Source of the DNA: Candidatus Moraniibacteriota bacterium
GTDB taxonomy: Bacteria > Patescibacteriota > Minisyncoccia > Moranbacterales > UBA1568
NCBI GenBank assembly: GCA_052034935.1
Contig: JBPOIB010000001.1
Location: 1,341-65,340, forward strand
Direction of reading: 5' to 3'
DNA length: 64,000 nt
Part shown: positions 22,322-30,689 of the stretch, piece after piece
Numbering within the stretch: the stretch's first letter is position 1
Layout of the letters: every line of letters begins with the position of its first letter
Made by a program: the position numbers and the translations under genes
The notes under the pieces: generated by a model
The model's input: only the letters and a program-made list of their open reading frames with translations
The model's database searches: none
What the model was told of the DNA's origin: nothing

Positions 22322-22487
22322 GGGATCCTCTTTGCAGTTGTGCCCTGACCGAGGGCGGGTGAGGTTCTTTAAGCCAAAGGAACGTTCCGTAAGGTCTCAA
22401 TACGGAAAAAATACTATACTACACTCTTTGAAAATTAGCAAGAGAAGCGACGAAAAATACGGAGCCGTCTATACTATGTTTACGTAT

Positions 22488-23195
22488 ATGCAACTCCCGA
22501 CTTTTGAACTTGAGGCGAAGCTCGCTGTGCAGGGGATTATCCCGATCGGGATTGATGAAGCCGGCCGGGGGCCGCTCGCTGGACCGGTGGTGGCTGCCGC
22601 TGTTCTCTTTAAGTCAGGTGACTTCAAAATCCCTGAGGGGAGAGAAAAAGAATTCACACTCATCCGAGACTCGAAGAAGCTTTCGGAAAAGCAGCGCGAG
22701 ACGGCCTTTGCGCTCGTCCAGGAATTCTTTCATGTCGGTGTCGGGATCATTTCTGCCGAGACGATCGATCGGGTAAATATCCTCCAAGCAACCTTTCTCG
22801 CGATGAAGGCCGCGCTTTCTAATCTGGAACGAGTGGCTGGCCTTCGCGGCAAAGAGTCTTCGCTTGTCCTCCTCATCGATGGTAATCAGGAACTCCCAAA
22901 TCTCTCGCTGAGACAGGAAACGGTCGTCGAAGGAGATGGCAAAGTAAAGTCGATCGCCGCTGCCTCCATCATCGCCAAAGTGACGCGTGACCGGCTGATT
23001 ATTCTCGCTGACCACGAATATCCAGCGTATGGCTTCGCCCGGCACAAAGGGTATGGGACCAAGGAGCACATGGAGGCGCTTCGCAAATACGGTCCGACGC
23101 CAATCCACCGTAAGAGCTTTCGCCCCGTCCAATTGGCCAATCCCGAAATCGTGAATAAGCGGTTTTCGAATGTGTTGAAACCGAAGAAGAAATAG
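22488..23195 (+). CDS. rnhB: Ribonuclease HII
   Basis: GIDEAGRGPLAGPV, DSKKL, SIAAASIIAKVTRD and HKGYGT. Start is ATG 22488 (alternative 22476). Confidence 0.97.
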   Translation: MQLPTFELEAKLAVQGIIPIGIDEAGRGPLAGPVVAAAVLFKSGDFKIPEGREKEFTLIRDSKKLSEKQRETAFALVQEFFHVGVGIISAETIDRVNILQATFLAMKAALSNLERVAGLRGKESSLVLLIDGNQELPNLSLRQETVVEGDGKVKSIAAASIIAKVTRDRLIILADHEYPAYGFARHKGYGTKEHMEALRKYGPTPIHRKSFRPVQLANPEIVNKRFSNVLKPKKK

Positions 23196-23217
23196 AAATG
23201 AGGAGTAGAATTACTGT

Positions 23218-23856
23218 ATGAAAAACAACGTTGATCATTCTGCAAAGATTATCTGGGACTATATGCTTATGCATCATGTGCTCAGGCCTATGGATGCTAT
23301 TTTTGCCTTGGGTTCCAATGATCTGCGAGTAGCAGACCGGGCGGCTGAACTTTTTCTAGAGGGCTATGGTCAGTATGTTATTTGTGCCGGCGGAAATGGA
23401 AAGGCTTCTGATTTTTCAAAACCTGAAGCAGAAGTCTTCGCTGAAGTTTTGATTCATCGTGGTGTTCCCAAAAATAAGATTATAATGGAATCTAAGTCCA
23501 CTAATACAGGGGAGAATGTTATATTCGTAAAAAAATTGGTAGATGAAAACAGCCTTGGTTTCAAATCATTTCTTCTGGTACAGAAACCGTATATGGAACG
23601 GCGGACGTTTGCTACTTTTCGAAAACAGTGGCCAGAGGCGGATTGCCTGGTAACTTCACCCAAAATTTCTTACAAAGATTACGCTGCTGACCCAGTTTTT
23701 AAAGAAAGATTTATCAATGTTATGGTGGGGGATTTGCAGCGAATCAAAGAATATCCCAAGCAAGGTTTTCAAATCGAGCAAGATATTCCGGCGGAAGTGT
23801 GGCAAGCTTGGGAGGTATTAACCGCCCTTGGATACACCAAGTATTTCCTTAAATAA
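23218..23856 (+). CDS. YdcF/DUF218 family protein
   Basis: EAEVFA, ESKSTNTGEN, VQKPYMERR and VGDLQRI; AT-richer than the flanks. Confidence 0.85.
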   Translation: MKNNVDHSAKIIWDYMLMHHVLRPMDAIFALGSNDLRVADRAAELFLEGYGQYVICAGGNGKASDFSKPEAEVFAEVLIHRGVPKNKIIMESKSTNTGENVIFVKKLVDENSLGFKSFLLVQKPYMERRTFATFRKQWPEADCLVTSPKISYKDYAADPVFKERFINVMVGDLQRIKEYPKQGFQIEQDIPAEVWQAWEVLTALGYTKYFLK

Positions 23857-23961
23857 GCCCTTGGATAGCCTGGATATTGCCAAGAATCGGGTGCTCTGAT
23901 ACAGTGTGGAGGCCTTCTGAAAGGCTTTTTTGTAATGAATCCTCGCTAGCCCGCCAATCCT

Positions 23962-24165
23962 ATGGCTCTCCCCAAACAACGACATACCCATCATCGCCGC
24001 GACCGAGCGCGCAGATTCCTCGAAATGAAGCCCGTTTCGACGACCAAGTGCCCAAAGTGTGGCGCCGAAGCGATGCCTCACCGGGCCTGCAAAGAGTGCG
24101 GCTCCTACAAGGGTCGCGAAGTGGTGAATACCGCACCGAAACTGAAGAAGGAAAAGGCCGCGTAA
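23962..24165 (+). CDS. rpmF: 50S ribosomal protein L32
   Basis: MALPKQR...CPKCG...PHRACKECGSYKGR. Confidence 0.97.
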   Translation: MALPKQRHTHHRRDRARRFLEMKPVSTTKCPKCGAEAMPHRACKECGSYKGREVVNTAPKLKKEKAA

Positions 24166-24247
24166 GCGGTTTTTTCTTTTAGCTGGTTTTGTCTTTGGGT
24201 TGATATGCTATACTGTAGGACAAAAGCATAAAAAGTTTCTTACCACC

Positions 24248-24808
24248 ATGGCCAATCGACACCTTCAGCGTTCCGTCGTCATGCAGTCTCTCTTCGAGTG
24301 GGATTTTCAGGGGCGTCATGACGAACGAGCGCTCGCTATCCTCCGGAAGAACGTCGAGGAATTCGCCCCTGGTCTCGAGGACTACGCGTTCGCGCGCCGG
24401 GTGATGGAAAGTGTCCTCGAACATCGGCCGACTATCGACCAGCTCATCGAGAAATGTGCACCCGAATGGCCGCTCGAACAGGTGACCGTCATTGACCGCA
24501 ATATTCTCCGGCTCGGCATTTCCGAACTTATGTTCGGCAATTACGACGAGGTGCCGCCGAAAGTCGCCATCAACGAAGCGATTGAGCTCGGGAAAAGCTT
24601 CGGCTCCGATGCCACCCCGCGTTTCGTCAACGGTGTACTCGGGACGATTTACCGTGAGATGGGAGAACCGATGAAGGATGATACCAGTGAGAAGCACAAA
24701 GCTGAACGTGAGAAGCGCGAAGCGGCTGCCGGGACTGATACCGAAATCGAACCTGCCGAGAAACCAGAAAAGAAACCAAGGAAAAAAGCCGTGAAGAGCA
24801 CCGAGTAG
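24248..24808 (+). CDS. nusB: Transcription antitermination factor NusB
   Basis: ATG at 24248; IDRNILRLG, VAINEAIELGK and FVNGVLG. Confidence 0.96.
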   Translation: MANRHLQRSVVMQSLFEWDFQGRHDERALAILRKNVEEFAPGLEDYAFARRVMESVLEHRPTIDQLIEKCAPEWPLEQVTVIDRNILRLGISELMFGNYDEVPPKVAINEAIELGKSFGSDATPRFVNGVLGTIYREMGEPMKDDTSEKHKAEREKREAAAGTDTEIEPAEKPEKKPRKKAVKSTE

Positions 24809-24845
24809 GTGCTTTTCTTCGAAAGATTTGAAAGAACCGAACCCT

Positions 24846-25538
24846 ATGGTATTTGATGCACAGAAAATCAAAGCGACGCTCGGGATCACGATGCACAATC
24901 ATGCGCTCTTTCATGAGGCCGTGACGCATCGTTCGTATCTAAACGAAAACAAGAGTCATCCGGTTCCACACAATGAGCGGCTGGAGTTTTTGGGTGATGC
25001 CGTGCTCGAGCTCGCCGTGACTGAACGGCTCTTCGCTGATTTCCCTGACCGTCCCGAGGGCGAATTGACCGCGCTTCGGGCGGCGCTCGTGAATAGCGAC
25101 ATGCTCTCGAAGGTCGGCCGCGATCTCGGCATCGACGAATTCCTTCTCATGAGCCGCGGCGAAGCCAAGGACACGGGCCGGGCGCGGGCATTTCTCATCG
25201 CCAATGCGGTCGAGGCGGTCATCGGAGCACTCTATCTTGACCAGGGCTATGATGCTTCTCGGACCTTCATCGAGGAACGGGTGCTGACGCGGATTCAAGA
25301 GGTGCTCGATGCCAAGCTCTATACCGACCCGAAAAGCCGTTTCCAGGAAATCGCCCAAGAAAAGCTCGGGTTGACGCCGCAGTACCGGGTGCTCCGTGAA
25401 TCCGGGCCGGACCATGATCGTCGCTTCGTCGCCGGGGCTTATGTCGGGGATGAACTCGTTGCCGAGGGCGAGGGACTATCCAAACAGGAGGCTCAGCGGA
25501 ATGCCGCCAAGAATGGTCTCGAAAAGAAGGGTTGGTAA
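24846..25538 (+). CDS. rnc: Ribonuclease III
   Basis: NERLEFLGDAVL signature and C-terminal dsRBD. Confidence 0.97.
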   Translation: MVFDAQKIKATLGITMHNHALFHEAVTHRSYLNENKSHPVPHNERLEFLGDAVLELAVTERLFADFPDRPEGELTALRAALVNSDMLSKVGRDLGIDEFLLMSRGEAKDTGRARAFLIANAVEAVIGALYLDQGYDASRTFIEERVLTRIQEVLDAKLYTDPKSRFQEIAQEKLGLTPQYRVLRESGPDHDRRFVAGAYVGDELVAEGEGLSKQEAQRNAAKNGLEKKGW

Positions 25539-25691
25539 GTAAGTCTAGGGTTACTTACCCTGCGTGCCGCCGAGGATAGTCTGATGCAACGGAGGCTCGA
25601 TCAGCCTCTTTTTCTTTTGACCCGGGAAAAGCTATACTGAAGCAAGTAGTTGAAGGGCCTGGAATCCGCCCATTTTTCTCCTTATTTTTTC

Positions 25692-27992
25692 ATGTATCTC
25701 AAGAAGCTCGAACTGAATGGTTTCAAGTCTTTTGCCACGAAGACCGTTTTGGATTTTCTCCCAGACTGTGACATCTCGAATGGTGGCAAGTGCGGCATCA
25801 CGGCGATTGTCGGTCCCAACGGCTCCGGCAAGTCGAACGTGGCAGATGCAATCCGTTGGGCGATCGGCGAGCAGTCATCCAAGAATCTGCGCGGCAAGAA
25901 GTCCGAAGATGTTATCTTTGCTGGGACCGAAGGAAAATCGAAACTCGGTTCCGCGACGGTGACGTTGTATTTTGATAATACTGACAAACGAATTCCAATC
26001 GAGTTCGCGGAGGTGGCGATTACGCGCAAAGTATTCCGTGACGGTGTCGGCGAATACTTTATCAATGGCTCACGTGTTCGGTTACTCGATGTGATTGATC
26101 TCTTGGCCAAAGCTGGTGTAGGAAAAGACAGCTACTGTGTCATCAATCAGGGAATGAGTGATGCCGTATTGAACGCGACACCCATCGAGCGACGAGCGAT
26201 TTTCGAAGATGCGGCTGGCGTGAAACAGTATCAGATCGAAAAGGAGCGGGCGCTTCGAAAACTCGAGAGCACCAAGGAGAATCTGGCTCGTGTCGATACA
26301 CTGACGGCTGAGATCGAGCCGCACCTGAAGAATCTGCGCCGCCAGGCCGAAAAGGCCGGACAAGCTAAAGATATCGCCGCCCGGCTGCGGTCGAAACAGA
26401 CACTTCTCTATAGCTATCTCTGGCATCTTTTTACCGAAGAGCGCGGCGGACTGCTCGCACGGCGGGCAGGGATCGAGGTCGCGATCGGGACGTTTGAAAA
26501 CGATGTGAATACGCTTCGCGAAGAGACGAAGCAGGCCTCGGCCGCGATGGAGACGAATGAGACCGAGGACAAGATGGAACAGGAGATTCAGACGCTTCGC
26601 ACGGCGCTCAATCAACTGCTCCGTGAGGCGAGCGTACTTGAAGGCCGGAAAGAGATTGAGCTTGAGAAGCGGAAAGAACGCGAAGAAATTGAAATCATCC
26701 CGGTCGATCTCCATTTCGTGCAGGCTCGTCTTGAAGAGGTCGGCACGCTCCAGCTCGAGCTTATCGACAAACTGTCGCATGTGGAAAAGCTTGAAGATCT
26801 CCAGGATATCAAGGAATTTGCGACTGTTATCCGTCAGCGGATCGCCGACCTCCGCGCTCAGGCGGGCGAGGGAAGTGTGAAGATGAAGAAGGTGTTTGCC
26901 GTGCCGGATGAAGAGCGTCGGGCGAGCGATGAACGCTTGGCTGCCCTCGAGTCTGAGCTTGCGCTGTTGAAAGAGTCCATTGCTGAGAAAGAAGCGGAGA
27001 TTGTAGGGAAGCAGGGGGCGCTTACGGAAATCCGAGAGGCTGGCCGAACGGAGCGTGAGACGTTCTTCGCTAAAGAGCGGAGTCTACGCGAAAAGGAACA
27101 TCTTCTCAATGTGAAGAAGGATGAGCTCAATGAATTGAAAGTCGGGCTGGCCCGCGTGGAAGTCCGGGAGGAGGACCTGACGGCACTCGTCCGTGAAGAA
27201 CTCTCGATCCCGCCGGAACAGCTTTCTTATGACGGTACGCTGGTCGAGCGTGAGAAGCTGGAGCGCGAAGTGGCGCGCCTCAAAGTCGAAGTGGAGCATG
27301 TTGGCACGATTGACCCGCTCATCGTGGACGAATTCCAAGAGACCGAGAAGCGTTTCGTGTTCCTCACGACAGAGTCGCAAGACCTGAAACGGGCGATTGA
27401 ATCGCTTAAAGAGGTAATTCGGGAAATGGATACCAAGATCGACGCTGCGTTCCACGAAGCCTTCAAGGAAATCAATAAGCAGTTCGCTGAATACTTCAAG
27501 ATCATTTTCGGTGGTGGCAAAGCGAACCTCGAGATTGTCAAAGTGAAAGTGCGGAGAAATGCCGACGAAGCCGAAGAGAATGACGACATCGTCAATCCAG
27601 AGGCCGCGCCGGAGGCCTATGAAGTCGGGATTGAAATCGCGGCCTGTCCGCCAGGAAAGCGCATCCATAATCTCTCCATGCTTTCTGGCGGTGAACGATC
27701 GCTCACATCACTCGCCCTCCTCTTTGCGATCATTTCGCATAATCCGCCGCCGTTTGCGGTGCTTGACGAAGTGGAAGCGGCGCTCGATGAAGCCAACTCG
27801 CGCCGCTTCTCCAAAATGCTCTCCGAACTCTCTGAGCACACTCAGTTCATCGCGATCACCCATAACCGGGCGACCATGGCGCAGGCGGCACTTCTCTACG
27901 GTGTGACCATGGCGAAAGATGGCATCTCGAAGCTCCTTTCGGTCCGGCTCGATCAGATTGGTGATGGAGGGAAGGTAGTTGCTGAAAAGTAG
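25692..27992 (+). CDS. smc: Shortened SMC-family ATPase
   Basis: MYLKKLELNGFKSF, GPNGSGKSN, LSGGE signature, LDEVEAALD Walker B and ITH; about 766 aa with coiled coil. Confidence 0.9.
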   Translation: MYLKKLELNGFKSFATKTVLDFLPDCDISNGGKCGITAIVGPNGSGKSNVADAIRWAIGEQSSKNLRGKKSEDVIFAGTEGKSKLGSATVTLYFDNTDKRIPIEFAEVAITRKVFRDGVGEYFINGSRVRLLDVIDLLAKAGVGKDSYCVINQGMSDAVLNATPIERRAIFEDAAGVKQYQIEKERALRKLESTKENLARVDTLTAEIEPHLKNLRRQAEKAGQAKDIAARLRSKQTLLYSYLWHLFTEERGGLLARRAGIEVAIGTFENDVNTLREETKQASAAMETNETEDKMEQEIQTLRTALNQLLREASVLEGRKEIELEKRKEREEIEIIPVDLHFVQARLEEVGTLQLELIDKLSHVEKLEDLQDIKEFATVIRQRIADLRAQAGEGSVKMKKVFAVPDEERRASDERLAALESELALLKESIAEKEAEIVGKQGALTEIREAGRTERETFFAKERSLREKEHLLNVKKDELNELKVGLARVEVREEDLTALVREELSIPPEQLSYDGTLVEREKLEREVARLKVEVEHVGTIDPLIVDEFQETEKRFVFLTTESQDLKRAIESLKEVIREMDTKIDAAFHEAFKEINKQFAEYFKIIFGGGKANLEIVKVKVRRNADEAEENDDIVNPEAAPEAYEVGIEIAACPPGKRIHNLSMLSGGERSLTSLALLFAIISHNPPPFAVLDEVEAALDEANSRRFSKMLSELSEHTQFIAITHNRATMAQAALLYGVTMAKDGISKLLSVRLDQIGDGGKVVAEK

Positions 27993-28084
27993 TGTTGACA
28001 GTCGGAAAGAATCAGGCTAGAATGGCCTTCGTATCCTCCCTTTTGGGCGGACAGGTATCCCTTTTACGCTTTTTTAGAGAAATT

Positions 28085-28492
28085 ATGCTCGTCATTCGTC
28101 TCAACCGCTTCGGCAAGAGAAACCAGGCCCAATTCCGCGTCGTCCTCCAAGAGAAGACCAAAGCGCCGGGTCATCGCCATGTCGAAATGCTCGGCAGCCA
28201 CAATCCGCATTCCAAAGTGACCATTTTCAAGAAAGACCGCATCCTCTATTGGATCGGCCAGGGTGCTCAGCCGTCCGATCGCGTGCACAATATGCTCGTG
28301 AAGGAGGGTGTCATCGAGGGGAAGGTCATCGCCAAGCGCATGCCGCGCCCGGTGAAGAAAGAAGCTGAAAGTGCTGAGCCTGTCGAAGCAAAAGAAGCGC
28401 CGAAAGCCGAAGAGACAACGCCAGCAACTGAAGTAGTCCCAGTGGCTGAACCGGTTGCGGAAGCAGCTGTGGTCGAAGCTCCGAAGGCATAA
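28085..28492 (+). CDS. rpsP: 30S ribosomal protein S16
   Basis: MLVIRLNRFGKRNQ...WIGQGAQPSDRV with an A/E/P-rich tail; promoter TTGACA-17-TAGAAT upstream. Confidence 0.96.
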   Translation: MLVIRLNRFGKRNQAQFRVVLQEKTKAPGHRHVEMLGSHNPHSKVTIFKKDRILYWIGQGAQPSDRVHNMLVKEGVIEGKVIAKRMPRPVKKEAESAEPVEAKEAPKAEETTPATEVVPVAEPVAEAAVVEAPKA

Positions 28493-28503
28493 GGCGGCTG
28501 GGG

Positions 28504-28668
28504 TTGACCAGAACGGTTTTCTCGGGTAAGCTAGTGTCACAACTGAATATTTCCAGAGACCTATGGTACTGGCTCATCAAGCAGGTGAGACAGATAAACC
28601 CCTAGCAGGAATCACTCAAAGCATCAGGCTTCGGTGTATTTCGGTCTCCTGGAAAGGGAGATTTTTTG
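28504..28668 (+). promoter_or_regulatory. rplJ promoter and L10-leader-type attenuator
   Basis: TTGACC-17-TAAGCT promoter; leader with AGAC...GGT...TAAA...CCT. Terminator TCTCC/GGAGA+T6 has a 5' arm (GGTCTCCTGGAA, 28643-28654) that can instead pair with TTCCAGAGACC (28551-28561). Confidence 0.7.
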
Positions 28669-28673
28669 TTACT

Positions 28674-28751
28674 CTCGCCCCGCTACAAAAGAAACTTGTA
28701 GTGGGTAATGGAGAAAAGATAGTGGTCGAGAGAATTTTGTAACGGGGTAAA
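28674..28751. repeat. Non-coding inverted-repeat element (copy 2 of the CCCCGTTA family)
   Basis: CTCGCCCCGCTACAAAA (28674-28690) and TTTTGTAACGGGGTAAA (28735-28751) form a 12/13 inverted match; ends 10 nt before the rplJ ATG. Confidence 0.7.
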
Positions 28752-28761
28752 CACACCGCTT

Positions 28762-29289
28762 ATGCAGCAGAATAAATCACAGAAAACCGAGCTCATCGCC
28801 GAGGTTGCGACCAAGGCCAAGGGTTCGAAAGCACTCGTTTTCGCCAATTTCAAGGGTGTTTCCGTGAAGGACATCACCACCCTTCGCCGGACTCTCCGTG
28901 AGACGGGCTCGAGCTGGCAGGTGCTGAAGAAGACCCTCCTCAGTCGGGCGCTCGACGAGGTCGGAGTGAAGGTGGATGCGCGCAGTCTCGATGGCCAAGT
29001 CGGTGTCGCGTTTTCGAGCGATGAAGTCGCCGCCGCCAAGACGATTGCAGACTTCATCAAGGCGAACAAAGAGTCGACTCTCTCCATCGTCGGGGGAGCA
29101 CTCGGATCCGAAGCGCTTTCGGTGGATGCGGTGAAGGCTCTGGCCAAGCTGCCGTCCAAGGATGAACTTCGGGCGAAGCTCGTCGGGACCCTCCAGGCAC
29201 CAATCAGTGGTTTCGTCCGAACCCTTTCGGGCAATCTCACTGGACTGGTCCGGGTGCTCGGTGCAGTGCGCGATAGCAAGGGTGCCTAA
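28762..29289 (+). CDS. rplJ: 50S ribosomal protein L10
   Basis: VLKKTLL and LAKLPSKDELRAKLVGTLQAP; precedes rplL. Confidence 0.96.
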   Translation: MQQNKSQKTELIAEVATKAKGSKALVFANFKGVSVKDITTLRRTLRETGSSWQVLKKTLLSRALDEVGVKVDARSLDGQVGVAFSSDEVAAAKTIADFIKANKESTLSIVGGALGSEALSVDAVKALAKLPSKDELRAKLVGTLQAPISGFVRTLSGNLTGLVRVLGAVRDSKGA

Positions 29290-29321
29290 TCAATTTGTAA
29301 TAACGTAATTAACGTACGCAT

Positions 29322-29723
29322 ATGTCAGAAGAAAAGAAGGAAGTCGTCGTGCCAGCCAAGTTCGAGAAGCTCGTTGCTGAAATCGAGAAGATGAGCGTGC
29401 TCGACCTCTCCGAGCTCGTAACCGTCCTCGAGGACAAGTTTGGTGTCTCCGCCGCCGCCCCGATGATGATGGGCGCTGCTCCGGCCGCCGCCGCTGAAGC
29501 CGTGGAGGAAAAGACCGACTTCGATGTCGAGCTCACCGCCGCCGGTCAGCAGAAGATCAACGCGATCAAGGCCGTTCGTGAAGTGACCGGTCTCGGTCTC
29601 AAGGAAGCCAAGGACCTCGTCGATGCCGCTCCGAAAGTTATCAAGGAGAAAGTTGCCAAGGCGGACGCCGAAGCGATGAAGAAGAAGCTCGAGGAGGCTG
29701 GTGCTACCGTCACCCTCAAATAA
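29322..29723 (+). CDS. rplL: 50S ribosomal protein L7/L12
   Basis: [10 protein letters not shown]...[23 protein letters not shown]...LEEAGATV. Confidence 0.99.
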   Translation: MSEEKKEVVVPAKFEKLVAEIEKMSVLDLSELVTVLEDKFGVSAAAPMMMGAAPAAAAEAVEEKTDFDVELTAAGQQKINAIKAVREVTGLGLKEAKDLVDAAPKVIKEKVAKADAEAMKKKLEEAGATVTLK

Positions 29724-29777
29724 TAACGCGAAGCGTTATCCTGAGCTTTTCGAAGGGTAATTCCTTCAAGAAATTTC

Positions 29778-29808
29778 AAAAAGACCCCGCGTGGGGTCTT
29801 TTGTTTTG
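29778..29808. terminator. Bidirectional terminator after rplL
   Basis: AAAAGACCCC-GCGT-GGGGTCTTTT. Confidence 0.75.
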
Positions 29809-29899
29809 AGAAGAAATTTTGGAAAAAGAAAACCGCCGAGCGCTTGGGTGCAAGCATTCGGCGATTCGTTCGGTTGGCGAGACTGTTGGCTGGAGGGGG

Positions 29900-30466
29900 T
29901 TAGTCCCGGATGTCCTTCTCGGCTTCTTGCCAGGTGGCGAGGCGGACCGTGCCATCGGCGTTGAGATGGAGCCCGACGACAGTTTCGATCCAGCCGGTGA
30001 TCCGGCTCTTGAATTGGGACGCAGTGGCCATGCCGCTCGTGCTTGGCTTTTGTTCCCAGGCGTAGATCTTGCCGTCCGAACGGCGGACGGTAATCGGCAC
30101 GTAACCGAAGGTGCCTACTTGTCCGGACTTGTAGTCCGGCCATTGGTAGGTGATTTTCACCAGGCCATTCTTTATCTCGCCGCAGGGCATGCGAGAAATC
30201 AGGAAGCGGTCACCGCCGGCGCTCGGCCAGCCCGGTCCGACCCTGGCGAGACAGTACAGCGCATCGCTGGGCCGCGTGTAGATGTGCTGGATCCCCGAGA
30301 TGATGATCTCGGCGGTCCCTTTTCCGTTGGAAGCGACCATGACCCTCCCACCGAAGTCATCGGCGTTGATACGGGCCGGATCGTATTTTTCCGGCCATGG
30401 TGCAGCTTCCGCGATGGTGAGGCTGGACAGGGCGAAGAGGATGAGGGAAACGATGGTACGGAGCAT
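29900..30466 (-). CDS. Orphan secreted protein
   Basis: Start MLRTIVSLILFALSSLTIAEA (Sec signal peptide) after the SD GGAG; promoter TTGACT-17-TAATAT (30565-30537). Confidence 0.7.
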   Translation of the reverse strand: MLRTIVSLILFALSSLTIAEAAPWPEKYDPARINADDFGGRVMVASNGKGTAEIIISGIQHIYTRPSDALYCLARVGPGWPSAGGDRFLISRMPCGEIKNGLVKITYQWPDYKSGQVGTFGYVPITVRRSDGKIYAWEQKPSTSGMATASQFKSRITGWIETVVGLHLNADGTVRLATWQEAEKDIRD

Positions 30467-30689
30467 GGTGCTATCTCCAGAAATGGCCACAAACGGGCCG
30501 GTTAAGGAACGTGCTGACAGGAATTGCCAACGGTACATATTAGCATTAAATATACAAAAAGTCAATAGTAAATTAGGGCTTGAGAAAGCCGTAGTTTTGA
30601 CAAAAAAAGTGAGGGGAGTAGGATGGTGAAGTATCGAATTTGGCCTCGAAAAGGCCTCTTTTGTTTGGTCAAAAATTAGCTCAAAATCT

